Shown: one piece after another, positions 33,976-47,842 of the stretch
Numbering within the stretch: position 1 is the stretch's first letter
Layout of the letters: the number at the start of each line of letters is the position of its first letter
Translations under genes and position numbers: made by a program
Source: Raillietiella orientalis
Taxonomy: Eukaryota
Length of the DNA: 64,000 bases
Direction: 5' to 3'
Assembly: GCA_036172245.1 (NCBI GenBank)
Contig: JAYWIR010000028.1
Coordinates: forward strand, 2,046,001-2,110,000
The notes under the pieces: generated by a model
Databases searched by the model: none
What the model was told of the DNA's origin: nothing
Seen by the model: the letters and a program-made list of their open reading frames with translations, nothing else

Positions 33976-34689
33976 TCTTGAAGGATCACACGCACCCTAC
34001 GGTGGCGTAGAACAGTGTCAAAGAGCTGCGGGAGCCGCCAGGCGCACGACGGTTCCTGAGGTACTCAGCAAACCGAAAACAAAGAAGCGAAGACAGAAAA
34101 GAACCCAAACGCACCGCCGAGGAAGTGCCTTTCCTCCAGGTGTCTCTTGAGTGGGAGTCGCTCCTCGCCATTCGACCTCTGCCATCCACTAGGAGACGTC
34201 GCGCGCCATCACCAACGCCTCTTCCTTCGCATCATGGAGCGTCTTCCTGCATGGAAACCACAACATCAGGTGGAAGGAGAATAAAAATACTTCTCGAACG
34301 CAATCTCGGAATCGGTGCGCTTGGAACCTCCAGCTTGGCTGCTTTAAGAAGAGAGCAAAGAGGCTGGAAGGAAACGTCCGTCGGAAAGGCGTCGCATTTC
34401 TGTGATCGATCGGAAAGTTGCTTGTCGACCTTTTTCTGGCTTCCTTTGGTGGGGCGCTTGGTACCCCTGAGAGGTCCGAAAGTCCCAGCTCACGAAAGTC
34501 CATCAACTTCACAGTGTTTCCTGGGGTTTCCTGTTCCAGCTCGCACAGCACGTGCGGTGGGTGCCGCTGGCCGCGGCCACTCGCTGTCCCTTGCTCGTGG
34601 GGCTTCGGGATTTCGTGGATGCGCATGCCCGGGAGAACTCGACTGTCACGTGCCACGCCTCTCCTTTCCGAGGAAGGGGCGGGTGGATA

Positions 34690-35390
34690 GGAAGGTTCCT
34701 ATTCTTTTGTTGCCCTTCTGGATGCCCACCTACAAATGCTAGGGCGGAGGTCATCAAATCTTTCTGTCCTTAGACTGTCTGGTTCTCCTCCTAGACGAGC
34801 AACCGGAGTGCCTTCTGCCCAGAGCTGCACCCTCAGTATTCACTGACGGGGTGCGCATTTCTTCCCGTCCTTCTCCCGCCCATTCTGCGCTTTTTCTTGG
34901 AATGCAGCGACCCCGAGGGTGAGTGGCGGAGACGAACTTCGGTGCTCCGCCACCCGGAGGGCACCTCATAGGACCTATTGCGGAGTTTCTTCACAAGGGC
35001 CGGCTGACGACAGGCGCTGCGATTGCGACGAGATGCTGCATCCGCTCCATCGTTGCAGTCCAGTCCACGACGGAGCCTCACTCGCAGCGAAGGGAGGCTA
35101 CTAGCGTGGCAGCCTCCTTGGTCAGGAGGGCTGCATGGTGGTCCCGCCTGCAAGAAGGAGAAGTCTTCAGGGAGATGGTCAGCATCCAGCGTCAGCTCTA
35201 GGAAGAAAGAAGCAGCTGAAACCAAAGATCCCTGTCCCTACCTTCCTTACCTTTTTTACTTTATTTATCCCCCCTCTCCCCTTGCTTCTGAGTCCTTTAA
35301 AAGACGGTCTGCGTGCCTGTGGTCATCCCCAGTGAACTTCCTTTTGTTGTCTCTGCTTTTGTTGTATTTAGGAGACTCAGCTCAAAGCTC
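34690..35390 (+). mobile_element. Decayed ORF1-type zinc-finger module plus partial spacer
   Basis: FLECSDPEGEWRR..DLLRSFF..GAAIATRCCIRSIVAV, then GATCCCTGTCCCTACC, a T-tract and CGGTCTGCGTGCCTGTGGTCATCC. Confidence 0.6.
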
Positions 35391-38300
35391 AGAGCTCCGC
35401 ACATCCGAAGATGGATGCACGGAAGCTCGCTTCCGGCGATCCTGGAATCCGAGAGCCTTCTACCCTCCTCCTCCGTGACGGCCTCCTTCTGCACGTAACG
35501 CCGCCGGAAATCCCCTTGGAGGGAAGGCGCGGCTTCGGTCTCTTCACGCGTGAGAGTGCTGTCGCCACCTGCACGCCCGCCGCCCATCCCTTCCAGGAGG
35601 ATGAATTCTTCTGCGCGGAGCATCTTGCCCTTCTTGTCTTTCCTCCCTTCCTCTCTAGGCGCTCCAAGACGGAACCGGAAGTCCTGGAGGGAACGCGATC
35701 ACCTCCTCTCGGGAGTGACGCCGAGACTGATTTTCATCTCCCGAATCCGGGCGCAGCGGGCCTGGCTGACCAGAAGTCTGCACGCCGAAGGCGGGAAACG
35801 AAAGGTCGTCACTCCTCCCTTCTCTCTCCTGCCCCGGTTCCAGCACCTCGGGAAGGCCCGCCCGACGTCCTCCGGTGTGGGTGGAGACGTCTCAAGCCCT
35901 CCTGAATGGCGAGCCGCTCCTTCTTCGCCTCCGAAGACAGGCGATCGCCGTAATAATCGGGTGCAGGTCAGCTCTATTAATAGAATGCGTTTCGAGCCGA
36001 TCGATGCTTCCAGAAGGCGGTGGGAGTTGACGGCGCTCCGCTGCTGCCTGACCTCGGAAAGCGAGCAGCGGCCCACTGCAGCCCCCGCGGTTCTTGCAGA
36101 AGACACCTTTCGTCCTAACGGCAGGCGTCCACGCGTCTTGTCGTTCGCGGGATGCGCTTATTTATTTTATTTTTTTCTCCCTCCTCCCCTCCTTTTTTGT
36201 CGTTTCGCTCGAATGCCGCCGCTCTAAGCACGGCGGCTTCGAACCTTCCAGAGGGGGGGCGCCTTGCACCATGTCGGTCGAGCGTTTGCGCGCAACCACG
36301 AGCTCCTCTCGCTGCAAGCCCCCCCCTACTCCCTCCTGCTCTGCTTCGCTTCCTTCCTATGAGCGAAGCATTTCCGGGTATTATCCTTGAATGAAGAATG
36401 GGAGCACTTTACCCTTTCCCTGCTAGATACGTCCTCCCTCCCGTCTCTCGAGACCAAGGTTCGCGGGAAAGCGCGGAGCGACTAGAATTCGGCGCCAACG
36501 GGTTCCTAAAGTCCAACGGACATCCGGGTGATTCCCCTTCCCCCTCCTCCCTCCCTTCGATCGCTTCCCGAGCTCCTTGTCACCATCGTGCAGTGTTAGC
36601 GCGCGCGGAAAATTGATCTTCATCCCCGTGTTATTTTCCGCGTTGGGATTCCTTCGTTCATGCAAATCTTCGACAAAGAGGCTCAGCTGCTCCGCGTGCG
36701 CTTCCTGTCGGCGCTTCCCGATTCGAGATTCCAGAGGGAGCTGCCGAAGAGAGGCTCGAAGGAGATTTCTTGCACGGGAAGGCCTTCAGCGAGGCGCCCG
36801 TTTTCGCCAGAGGAGTCCCATTACGACGCGGATGTCGCATGCGTTTTCGCGTCGTTCCCGGCTGACCAGACTTGCGGACGGAACGGCTGACTCTCTGACC
36901 TGGAGAGCACCCAGCCGAATTCGCTGAGGAAGACGCGGTGAGACGAACGAGGTGAAATGACCACGCCTTCGCTTGGAAGTGGTCCTCCGCCGAACTAGGT
37001 GCTTCCAGACAAGGGAATGCCACGGCTCTCCGCTCCGGAAATTGCACATCCAGTCATGATCCGCAACCGGGATTTTTACGGAAGGCACTATCGCCGTGGG
37101 CGTCAGGGCGAACGGGTGAGGCGCTCCTACCTGTGTGCAGTCCCGGCAGCCCTTCTTTTTGGTCCTCTATTGTGGCGCATTCCTTGCACGTCTCCCTCGA
37201 GTCGAGTCTCGCGTCTTCCGAGGCGCCCTGACCCGAAATTCGCTCTCGGACTGCGGAACAACTGCGAGAGGATCAATCAGAAAGCTCGAGAACAACGGAA
37301 CGGCAACCGGATGGCGTCAGTGCTTTGTTCTTTCGGGTCGGGAGAAGCACTCCTTCTGTTCTCGTAACGAACGTTCCCATTTCCGTGGTGGTAATGATGG
37401 TCGTCTGTGTATTCCTCAGCTCCCATGTGATTTGTGAGGTTGTAATTCCATTCTTATTCCGTCGACTAATAGAGCCACCAGCTATTCGTGATTCTGTAGA
37501 CAACAGCTGGTGTACAACTTTATTGGTCCCTTTGTCGAAAGGTAGCAGACGCTCCAGCTTGCATTACGATTCAGCTGACTTTCTGGAAAGTTCCAGACCA
37601 AGCTCTGAGCTACCATGGAGCTGCTGAAAAGACTTTCAACTTTTCCTCAAAGTGATCCACCGACTTTTTTCGTTTTTATATTGGTAGGTCATCGTTGGAG
37701 TGAAGAACTATGCGTTCTTATTCTTGCTCTGCGATTCTACCCTCAAAGAGCGCTTTCTGCCGAATAACCGACTCTTTTGCACTTGTGTGCTCCGACTGAC
37801 CGAATGAATGGTCTTAATCCAAGGGTAGATGCACGGATTTCGGCTGAAAGAACGGGAACAGAGTCCCTGTTCACCCACCGAGCTGCACTGCTTATGAAGA
37901 TTGTCGGCGGTCGTTTGAGCATGCTTTCGAGGAGGCTTCATCTACATGACCACTGAGATTCTCCCCTTCATCGACTGAGCCAGCTGCTGCATGGACAAGA
38001 ACTTTCTTCCTTCTGGACACGGACCCTTGGACCGTCTTGTCTTTTGTTTCTATTGCAAAAGAACCTCCAGGGATCCAGAGAAATTATACCGCCATGCTGT
38101 TACAGAGGACTGCTTCAGCTGTCATATGAGAATTATTCTTTCCCGTCTTTAAGCACTCGAAACTTAGTGTGATGATGCTTCGGTGGAAAATCCCTTTTGA
38201 AGTGCTCACGCCTCTAAGAGATTCCTTTTAAGATGAGGTCTCGGTGTCACTTGACGCGGCATCTGTGACACCTGCATATTTACCGTAGTGGATTCAGCAG

Positions 38301-38459
38301 TCCTGAACATCGGAAAAGATCCGATGAGCTCCTCTTTTTGCTTCGGATTGTCTCCAAGAATCGCATCGATTGGATGAAGTAGCCGTCGGTGCTGTTGACA
38401 TTGCAGAACCATGTATCGAAAGAAGTTCCTCACTCAATGCTTCTCGACGTTGGTTGCAT

Positions 38460-38880
38460 CTCCAGGCACGCCATCTGCAAGGCACAAGGATGGATAGAAT
38501 TTCTCACAGTCGACGACTTGGAAACAGTCTCGGAGGGTCTTCGTCGTATTTGAACCCCGGAGCGCCCCATTCGCCCCGCGTGCAAACAAGTTTGAAATCA
38601 CTGCTGCGCATTCGCCGCCCAGTTTGCGGATTAGGCGAGCAACGCCTACCAGGGACGACGCATGCAGAAGGAGCGCAGGGCATGGAAGGAGATCCTTGAC
38701 CGCATCTTCGACTACTTCATCAGGAACGAGAGAACGACCGTCGGGAAGCGTAACGGACTGGTGCCTCCAATTGAGAGCACCGCTCAAAAAAGTGGGAGCC
38801 GGTGGCCTCCAATCATCCCATTCCCGGAACAGATTCGAAATCGTGACCGCGGATGGTGCTCCGGAAAGGCGATGACAGTG
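38460..38880 (+). mobile_element. Retrotransposon Gag-like fragment
   Basis: KAQGWIEF / TTWKQSREGLRR / ILDRIFDYFIRNE..LVPPI..IPFPEQIRN. Homologous to 61780-62200 on the minus strand (HRIRNE..LVAPI..DPFQEKIRN). Confidence 0.4.
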
Positions 38881-41409
38881 CCTGCTCCTTGGAAGCCTTC
38901 TTCGAGAACGCAGGAGGCAAGACGAAGGAATGAGAGTAGGTACAGGAGACCTACTCTCCCCTCCCCACTTTGCCCTACAAAGGATCACCAGCAACTTCCA
39001 GAAAGATCGTTCTAAGATCTCCAGGATCATAATATACAGCAAACGACGGAGCCCTAAGGAAACCGAAGGTCCTTTGGCGACGGGAGAGGTGCATCGGAAG
39101 GAGAATGGTGCGCTCCAGCATACACTACTCCAAGACCTCAAGGAATCCCGGTCTGAGCCACCCGTCTGGATGAGGGAACCTTCGTGAGACCACAGTCTCG
39201 AGCAGAAGGCGAAGTGGATAGCTCAGACAGACAGCGAAGATGAAGAGTTTAATTCGGACAGTGAAAAGACAAGCGTCGTGAGGAGCTGAGGAAAGACGAT
39301 CTCTCGAAGGAGCAGCACCTAAGCTCAAATCGGGGACTTGGTTACCGACGCGCATCCGAGGTTGCTCGCGATTCAGAGCCGGCTTTTCGAAGAGGCAGCA
39401 AACCTTCAGGGTGGTTATTCGTCTTTGCTTTCGGAGCACCAGCACCGTCCCATGGATTCCCAGTGAGCTCCCAGTAAGTTTGTCGCACACCAGTGGTTTC
39501 GGTCGGTCTGTTGTCAACCCAAGGTAGCATTGCCTTTCGGGAAAGCTCCTCCCGAAAGACGTGCTGCTGCCTCTGGTTCGCTGACTCCGGACTTTGACGG
39601 ATCCAGGAGCTCCATGCCAATCCTCTGGCAACTCCGCTGCGGGCTCCCGAGAATGCTCTCGTTAGCTCTCGCCAGCTCTGTTTCTCTGGTTCCTGCATCT
39701 GCACTCGAAACTCGGGTGATCACATCCAGGCGAGCGAAAGAGCAAGTGGAACAAGAGGAGCAAGCACCCCCTATCTTTACGACCTGATCCCGTCTCCAGA
39801 TCGTTCTCCTGACAGAGACATGGCTTCTGAGGGAGCTTTGATTATACGTCTTGGCAACAGCCAGTGTTCGAGCACCCACGTGCCTCCTGAAGTCCCAAGC
39901 GCACTACTTGGGATTACAGGGATCTTCTACTGTCAGAGCCGACTCTGATAACAGCGGAAGACGAAGGTGGACCTTTTGGGCTGCGAATGCTCCGTGAGAG
40001 CGTTCAACAGATTGAACGATTGGTCTCAGTCGACTCACGAGAAAGCACACCCGTTCAAGAATGAAGAAGCGGAATCGGATACGCATAACATCATCCACGG
40101 CATTGGAATTACATCGGCAGCAAAAGAGCGGGGAGGGGAAGGCTGCGTGGCGTCTCCCTTCCTCCCGGGAAATCCCGATCGGCTGTCCCCCGTGCTTGTC
40201 CAACTTCCAGAAAGAGCGAAGCTTGCTGGAAAAGAAGCTGTTCCCTTCCAGAAACTGGAAGTCACTTGTGGAACCCTCCTCACTTGTGTTCCAGTTTCTG
40301 GAATACAAGTGAGGAGGTTTCCTGGGAGCCCCTGAATTGACGTAGCAGCAAGTGGCGTTCCATCTGCGCCAATTCAGCGTGCTCCACGAGCTTCCAGATT
40401 TCGTGCGTCGGCTCTCGATTGATGATGGAGAGTGCTTGTCTCAAGGGAGGAATCCCGAGGGCGATGTGATCCCCACCACCCAACGTAATCTGCAGCTGCG
40501 CAGCCACGGAGCAGGCTCCGTTTCCGGCCGGCAACTCCGATGGGACACCCTCGGTGGTCGCTGGCTGAAGCACCAGGAAGGAGCGAGACTGCCTTCTCTT
40601 GATGGTGGCGTCGGACGGACGAAGAGCTGCCGACCCAACTCTCCTCGAAAAGCCAACATCGGATACCTCAGGATGCACTGCGTGTTCAACGAAGGACGTT
40701 CTGCGGATTGATGGAGCACTTCCAGAAAATCTCGATGAGCAGGCAATTTTCCATGTCTTCTTCCTGCTGGTTTCCTCTTTCACAAAGACCAGCATTTTGG
40801 CGGTAAGCTGAAGCGCGACCGAAGGCCAGGCTGCTGCTCCTTCATACCGCGTTGTACAAGAGCAAAACAAATCAGTGCGGCTATTTGTTTCTTGGAAAGA
40901 AAAAATTGCTGCGTCTTGAGGAATGCATGCAGGAGGAAGAAGGCTCGTGTCACCATTTCAGGAGCATTTCAGGCACGTGAGCGCCTCAGCCGAATGCAAC
41001 TTTCTTCGTTCTCTGGAGAGATGGCGTCGCTGTAGAAGCAGTTTCGGTCCTGAGAACGAGATCGAGCTTTTTATTTTCGTCTCGGCCCCGCTTCATCTGT
41101 AACCTCCTTCGGCCTCTGCGCGCTCTTCGTCGCTCCCACCGTGGGCGCTTTCTAAAGCCCTGCTCTCTCTCTGAGGAACCGCAGCTTCCACTGAGACTCT
41201 CTGTTATTGCCGTGAAAGAGGCGGAAGGGATGCAGCCGCTCGACGTAGCCAAATAGGATGCAGTCCTGAGAGGAATGTGCTTTCCCGGGAGGATGGGGGA
41301 TGGGGGAGCGAGGGACGAAAGAGAGATCCTTTCTGCCTCCCTGTACATGCAGAGTTCCCAAGTCTTTCTCGACCAATCTCGAGACGCGGTCTTTAGAGCG
41401 CATTTGTTT

Positions 41410-41750
41410 TCACTTTCGCCAATTGCGAAGGCAACCGACCGTCCCCACAGCCGGAGCGATCGGGACGGGAATTTCCCCGCTGATTTTCGTAGCAGATAAA
41501 ACGTACACGAGTAACAAGCGCTGTATTAGGAAGATATCGCGCGCGACAATCTGTCCCAGGCGATAAATGAAGAGATAAGAAGTTCCACCGCGAGGAGGAA
41601 CTGGAAATTGTTGGTTACTGCGAAAGATCCACTCGTATATCTCCCCGCCGAGTATCACGCAGATAAATAAAGCCTCGTCCGTAAGATGTACAATTAGGCG
41701 TTCCTCATTGTGACCGAAGAACAAGGCGCTTTAATGAGCGGCCTCCCGCG
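41410..41750 (-). mobile_element. ORF1-like RRM fragment
   Basis: ERLIVHLTDEALF..GGEIYEWIFR..SYLFIYRLGQIVARD parallels the RRM segment at about 9640-9830. Confidence 0.35.
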
Positions 41751-42859
41751 GCGAAAGAAGAGAGATCGCCGAGGATGCCATTGGCTGTGATTATAGAAAC
41801 TCGCAGAACCATCCGTCTCTCTGCGTGAATCGGAGGAATTTATTAGATCCCAGGCTAACGCGAAGGACGTCTAAGCGAGTCACGCCGAAAACAATTCTTT
41901 CGCCGGTCGGGAAGGCGGCGGTGGAGAGGCGTCCGTCGGAGGAAATTGAAATCTTACCGAGGCAGACTGCTCGTGACACGACCTACTTTTTGCGTCCACC
42001 CTCAAACGCTGTTTGTTTATTCAGCGATATTCACACAAATTATCTCGCGTTTCCATGATGTGCATGTGTTTCGTTTTCAGTAACTCACGACTCTTTAAGA
42101 AGACAAAGGAAGAATCGAGATCTCAGCATCCTAGAGGGAGAATGTCATCGAGGCAAAGACTTCAAGGGAGCTTGCGGACGGGATCTGATTACTTAGGCGT
42201 AAGAGAAGTGGGCCCGGCGACTGCTGACGCTTTCGGTCGACATCCCTCGTCAAGGAGACGGACTCTGGCCAGCTGAGGAAGGAACTGACAGATCCACGGT
42301 CTCAGCAAGGAAAGCCATCTCGGAAAACGGCGGTTGGTCCAGGCGAAAGCGGCCGAAAGTTGCATCTCGGAAAGTTGGGGACTGCGCGTGGGATACGAGG
42401 GCGCGAAATTTTTTCCCATCGCTTCCTCGTCGCCTGGGAAGGGCTTGTTTGCGGAGGATGCTCGAGGGTAGGGGTAGGTGTTCCGTGGCGAGGCGAGAAA
42501 GGATGTTGTTCGAAGAGTCTGACGCCGGGGTTTGAACCCGCGGACTCGCCGCCTTGACATCGAGAGGTTTCGCCATGATGCCGTCGGGCCTGCTCGGTTG
42601 AAATCCGGTATTTTGAGGACCCAAAGGTGCCTCGCCTCCTGGCGGTGTTCCCACCACCAGAGTTGTGGTTCGGGGGTGCCTTAGGCATTGCGACCAAAGG
42701 GTGTACCTGCTCTCCTAGAAACTGGACGAAGGTGTCATAGTGTTGAGAATGCACAAGTGGTTCAGAGATCTCCAGCTCTTTAAGGACATCGCCGTTCTCG
42801 GAACCTCAGTCTTTCACTCGTGCTGATGCCGAGTGCTCGGACTGACGCCCGTATTCCTG

Positions 42860-43275
42860 GGAGCAAAAGAGATTTTTACCCGGTGACGGCAGGACGTTGA
42901 TTTAAAAAATAAACCACAAGTCAGAGGGGGCGGTGTCTCCTGAATACAAGAGGAGTCAAAAAAAAAAAAGTCCACCATGGATGACCATCAGCACGCAGGC
43001 CGAATTTTAAAAAGTAGAGAACGGAGAGGAGGGACAATAAACAAATAAAAAAAGACGAGAGGGTAGGGACAGGGGCCAGCGGGTCTTTGGTTTCATTCGT
43101 TCCTTTCTTTCTAGAGGCGGCTGTGTATGGTTGTGAACTCACTGATGACTGTTTCTGGCAGATGAGGCCACTTTGCAGACGTTGTCCTGAAGGCTCCATG
43201 CTCCTAGCCTTCCATCACGAGCGGGGTGTCACCATGGCGCGAAGGCAAGAGATCGTTGCGATCGTGGCGCCCGTG
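42860..43275 (-). mobile_element. 3' tail of ORF1-type zinc-finger module plus full spacer
   Basis: GATIATISCLRAMVT tail, then CCCCTGTCCCTACCC, a T-tract, CGGCCTGCGTGCTGATGGTCATCC and GTTTATTT..AAATCAACGTCC..ACCGGGT. Confidence 0.65.
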
Positions 43276-43629
43276 TCACCACTGCCGGCTCCCATCTTCC
43301 GAATTCCCTCTCCGGTGTGTCGCTGCTCTGGTGAGAGCGAACACGTGAACTTGCTGCTGCCCTGCGAACGCTTCGGCTTGGCGGCAGGAGAAAGTGAAAA
43401 CGTGGGCCCATCTCACTCGTGCCCCATCGGAAGTTACCCACTGACGAGAGTTGCAGAACAGCGGAAGAACACCGGAGGCGGTGAGTAGTGAGCTGACTAT
43501 GTTGGCCTACCCACTAGCCACCCCTTTCGCCGCAGCGGTGTCCTCCGCTATCGAAGAACATGGCACCGGCCTACCGGCGAAATGGGAGGTTACCTGCGAG
43601 ATCTCGGTCCGCAGGAAGCCAATCGGTGG

Positions 43630-44430
43630 CTGAACTACGCGTCAGCTGGCTGACGCGGCAACAGCAAGAACCGTCTCCAAAGGACTGGAACGTTGGGGCA
43701 AACTCTTTTCCATTCGGTCCGGAGAGTTGGAACTGCCCCCCGTATTTGTGGACAGAAAACTGCTTCCCCTCAAGTGACAGCAATTGGCGCTCTTGGTGCT
43801 GCACTGGTGTCTTCCGTGCAATGCGCGCCGGTACCACTGGACGAGGGGAAAAGCATCTCCGAACTGTGCCAGGTGTGGAGAGAAGGAGACCTTCCCCCAC
43901 CTCATAGTGCTTTCCGAGACTTATGCGAACGTTCCTTTGCGTCCCTTCCTCACCCCGTGGACGATTCCAGAGACTGTTTGAGGTCCCTCTTCGTGCGGGA
44001 CGCCATGACGTCCGCAGACGCAATCGCAGCGCTATGCTGCTTGCGCGTCGTCGTAGCGGCTTAGTGCAACGCCGAGAGAGGACGGAGCGACGGGGGCTGT
44101 CCTGCACGCCATCTGCTTCCTGCAGATACCTTTGAGGTGGCCCCACCTGGAAAGAGAGGAGCTCGCCAGCATCCTTTAACGGATGCAGAGGCCTCACCCA
44201 CCACGAAATGTGATCCTTTCCCTTCCCCCCAACTGATCTTTTTTTTTTGTTAGTTTTTATTGTTTGTTATAGTTTGTTTCTTTTTTTCTAGTTTTGTTTT
44301 ATCCCTTTTCCCCTTCGTGAACGTGATGGATCTCGATGGCCTCCCCTTAGTCTTAGTGTAATAATTGGGATCGGTAAGCCTTTTGGTTTCATTGATCCCC
44401 CTAAGAGAAATAGACGCGCCGGCTCACTCC
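43630..44430 (+). mobile_element. ORF1-type zinc-finger module plus spacer
   Basis: QLADAA..KGLERWGKLF..LLPLK*QQLALLVLHWCLPCNARRYHW..SPNCARCGEKETFPHL..SLFVRDAMT..AIAALCCLRVVVAA, then GATCCTTTCCC and a T-tract. Confidence 0.8.
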
Positions 44431-44449
44431 TTGAGTGAAGAAGCGTCGC

Positions 44450-44790
44450 AGTAAGTCCGGAGCGAGGGAGTCATGAGGTCAACGGAGCGCCGGAACTGGA
44501 CTCCATCACTTGTCCTCCAGGGCACTGTGGCCCAAAGAAGGAGCTGGGGGAACGATTCCCGCGTCCCAGACCTTAAACAGATCGGGGAGGGAACTCCCTG
44601 CAAAGCAGGTGTTCATGCTGATTACACTGGAGTCCCGAGCGCAGAAACATCAGAACGTCCCGTTTCCACCAAGCGGGAACACGGAGGTGTCCACATACGA
44701 GGGAGGGAACACGACTTCGGAAGTCACACTCAAGAAGTCACTCTACTGCCTGGAAGCAAAGAGTTCAGCCGTCCACCAGCTCGCACCTCC
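44450..44790 (-). mobile_element. ORF1-type zinc-finger module fragment, close relative of 52690-53010
   Basis: Nucleotide match CACTGGAGTCCCGAGCGCAGAA.CA.CAGAACGTCCCGTT.CCA..AGCGGGAACAC.GAGG with 52869-52935. Confidence 0.75.
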
Positions 44791-45239
44791 CCGCAGCCGT
44801 CCAGGAGTTTTTCAACCCCGGTCATTTTGCAGAACTCTCACCCCTCCGGTTGGCTACTATCTATTGCTTACCCTGAGGGCAGGCAGTGATGCGGCAAGGG
44901 GTGTCACGGCAATCCGGGACCACTGAGCCCAGTCCTGCAGAAGATCTCCCAGAGGCTTACACGAGAGTTTCCACAGCGGATGCAGTTCCTCTGGATACAC
45001 TTAAAAAGTTGCAATCCAGGACCCCAGTGCCTCTTGCCGCCAGGCATTCCAGTTTTTGGAGCTGTAGAAAATCCACGGGTTACCTACCAGAAGTGAGGAC
45101 AGATGCCTCCGGGTCAGGGGTAGCCAGATCTGGTCCTTCGGCGCAGGATGAGCGGCAGCAGCAGAACAGGAGCGAAAGAGCGAGCGCGTGGCTTTTCCAT
45201 CCTTTCCTTGGAGCGTTTTCCTAAGCGCCGGCTGGCGTT

Positions 45240-45720
45240 CAAGTGGATGACGCTGCTGTCGTAGTCGCCTCTTTCGGCGGGGCTCCAGGCAGCCACGATC
45301 CCGCTAGGCAGCAAGGTGCTGCCAGGGACGCGGCTGGCGTGAGGGCATCACGCACGAAGAGGCGCTTCAGAACGTCTCTGAGGTCGCCGTCGGGGGACCA
45401 CGGGGGATGCGGCAAAGAAAGTTCCCACAGGGACCGGAGGACCACACGGTCCACGAGCAGGTGCGGAAGGGTCTCTCTTCCTCCACACCTGCTGCAGTTT
45501 GGGTGCACCCTCCCGGGTCCTGCGATGTCGGCCGGCGTTGCACAGAAAATCCCAATGAGACAGCGGAATCGCCGACTGCTGCCACTCCAGAGGGAGGCTG
45601 CGAATGGTTTCTTAGCGTTGAGAGCCACTCGTAGTCTTCCCGGAGAATTCCCGGTAGCTTGTCCCGGCGCGAGAGTCCTTTCGGTGGGTTGTGAGCTGGC
45701 CCGTGGTGCAGCCACCTCAA
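45240..45720 (-). mobile_element. ORF1-type zinc-finger module
   Basis: KGLSRRDKLPGILREDYEW..HPNCSRCGGRETLPHLLVDRVVLRSLW..LRDVLKRLFVRDALTPAASLAAPCCL. Confidence 0.8.
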
Positions 45721-46539
45721 GTCTTCCCCCTGGAGTTCACCTCGCAGTAAACCTCCCACCTTGCCGGCAGGCAGCTCGCCCCATATCGGGAGCAGGCCCT
45801 ATTCCCGATCTTCTACTAAGCTGGAGCTACGATTGGCAGGAAGTTTAGCCGTGTCGCACGGATGGACTCGCAGTCTCCACAGGGCAGGCCACACCCTCGT
45901 CTGGAAAGGCTGGAAGGCCGCTGCATCGACCGCTCTTTTCTGCGCTTCCTGGGAGTGCCCGCTGGCCGCCTGACCTCCGCTCCCGAGAATTTTCTGCGCT
46001 GACTTTTCTGCAAATTACGCTGCGGCCAGCGGTCCTCTCCCCCATCGAGACCGCGCCTTCACGGGAGGTTCTGTAAGCGTCCAGAGCGGCCTTCGTCTGG
46101 CGGCTGGCTTTCTTGTTCCGCTTTGTTTAGGTCACTCTCCAGGCACTCCGAGGTCTCCTCGGCGCGCGCCTCAGCTGACCACTTGGCTGTTGCTCCTTGC
46201 GCAGCTTTCCTGAAATCCACGTGCAGCGCATCGCGCTTGCGGGCGAGATGCGCACGAAAGGGAATGCGCACGGGAGACGCAGGGCTCTCTGGAACGGTCA
46301 CTTGAGGAAAACATTGGAGCATCGGTGGCAGCCGGAAGTCAGAAGAGCCACTCGAGGAAGAGGAAACGGGAAATCAATGGTCCGTTTCTGAGCGGCGAAG
46401 GAGAGGGACTTGCAAGGTTGAAATCCACGCGTGGGAGGATGGTCCGGGGTGTGCAGAAATTCGGCAGCGAAGAAGATCGATATGTGAAGGGGGAGCACTC
46501 GGCATGGAAACGGGGGGCAAGGGGGCGAGGGAGGGAGGG

Positions 46540-46820
46540 GGGAGTGAAATTCTCACGTAGCTTCTGAAGGAATTTCCGGAAGCTCTTCAAGAAGCGCTTC
46601 CACGGGAAGGGCAGGAGGAAGCGGAGGAAGAGCGCCTATGCGAGGCTACTTCCAGTAGATGGATCTACCCCCCAACTGCTCCTATGCTGGTGCTCGGATC
46701 GACTAGGGAGATTTGGACATGTCACGAGGATGGATTTCGAGTCCAAGACTATCCGTGATAACCGCCGTCCTGTCGGTCATGGAAACCTGTCGGCTCATCT
46801 CCACCGCTATCTGTGTTCGC
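46540..46820 (+). mobile_element. ORF1-like RRM fragment preceded by a possible Gag-like stub
   Basis: RLGRFGHVTRMDFESKTIR..VGHGNL fits the L..(F/Y)G.V....G pattern of Tx1-type ORF1. Confidence 0.35.
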
Positions 46821-47842
46821 CAGCGGCCAAGGTTTCAGAGTGGTCAGCTTGGCCCTTAAGAGCTTGGTTTCCATCCTCTTATGATGAGATGCCAGTCTAC
46901 AGTGCTCCAGCGACGACAACAGGGAAAGCCGCGCGATTCAACAGCAGCCGTTGCTCGATGGGTCTCATCAGATGGGTCTCCGTGGCGCTGCCAAGAATTC
47001 TGGGCGGTCTGCTAGGCGACGGAGTTGGTCTGAGAGCGAACGCATCCCCACAGAGACAACGTGTGGGTTGCGCGGAACGGTGGAAGGCGTCTGTGCTTGC
47101 CACCGAGGTCGCAGCGGCGATCCCGCCATGACCCGTCAACGGGCATTTCACCGAGCCGCGTTTCGAGTCGGTTAGTCGGTTGCGCAGGCGGCGCTTCCCG
47201 GCAGACTGACGACAGGCTGGGAAGCTTCCGGTAGTCCCCGGTCGCTCCTGGAATCTCCGTGCTCCACTTCAGCAAATGAATGCCGTTCGTTCCACCTCGC
47301 TCGCAGCAGAGTTCCCCGGCTACTGGGTCTCCCCACCTGTGACTTGCTAAGGTGGGCAGGGAAAGGGGGGGAGAGGAGGTGCCCTTTCCATCGGAATGGT
47401 GCTGTAATTAGCAGCTCCGTGTCACGCGTGTCTGCGGAGTCATCAATAGAGGCGGGAATGCTCCCGAACTCAGGGCTGTTTATCGAAAGACGAAAGGTGG
47501 TCCCGAAGTCTACAGAACACGTTCATCAATCAGCGGAATCCGTTCCTATAGAGACCGTCAGAGGTTTCCTTTTTCTTTTTTTAAAGGGATTTTCTATGCC
47601 TCAATGATGAGAGCGAAACTGCTCTTGCATTGTGAGTTGATCTTGATGGAATGCCGCCGCATTCAGATCAGCGTTCAGAAGTCAGCCGAGGTCCTTGAAA
47701 AATCGCTGTGTCCGGACACGCGGCTGGCGGAACGCTTCTGCTGGCGGAAGGTGAGAGTGCCAGTGAGGTTTCCAGGCGATCGGCGACCGCCGGGAATCCC
47801 GCGTCCAGGCAGTCCCGGGAACGGTTCAGCAGGTGAGTCAGG

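Noticed and set aside
32785..33995. Long overlapping ORFs (304 aa + and 318 aa -) and the many other ORFs in the GC-rich block as genes
   Set aside because: Open in several frames on both strands, low-complexity R/S/P/G composition and no coherent domain; expected from GC-rich repeats. The ORF track also uses non-ATG starts unsuited to a eukaryote.
38206..38433. Myb/SANT-like transposon protein (IDAILGDNP)
   Set aside because: Single short motif; the upstream tryptophan helices are not recognisable.
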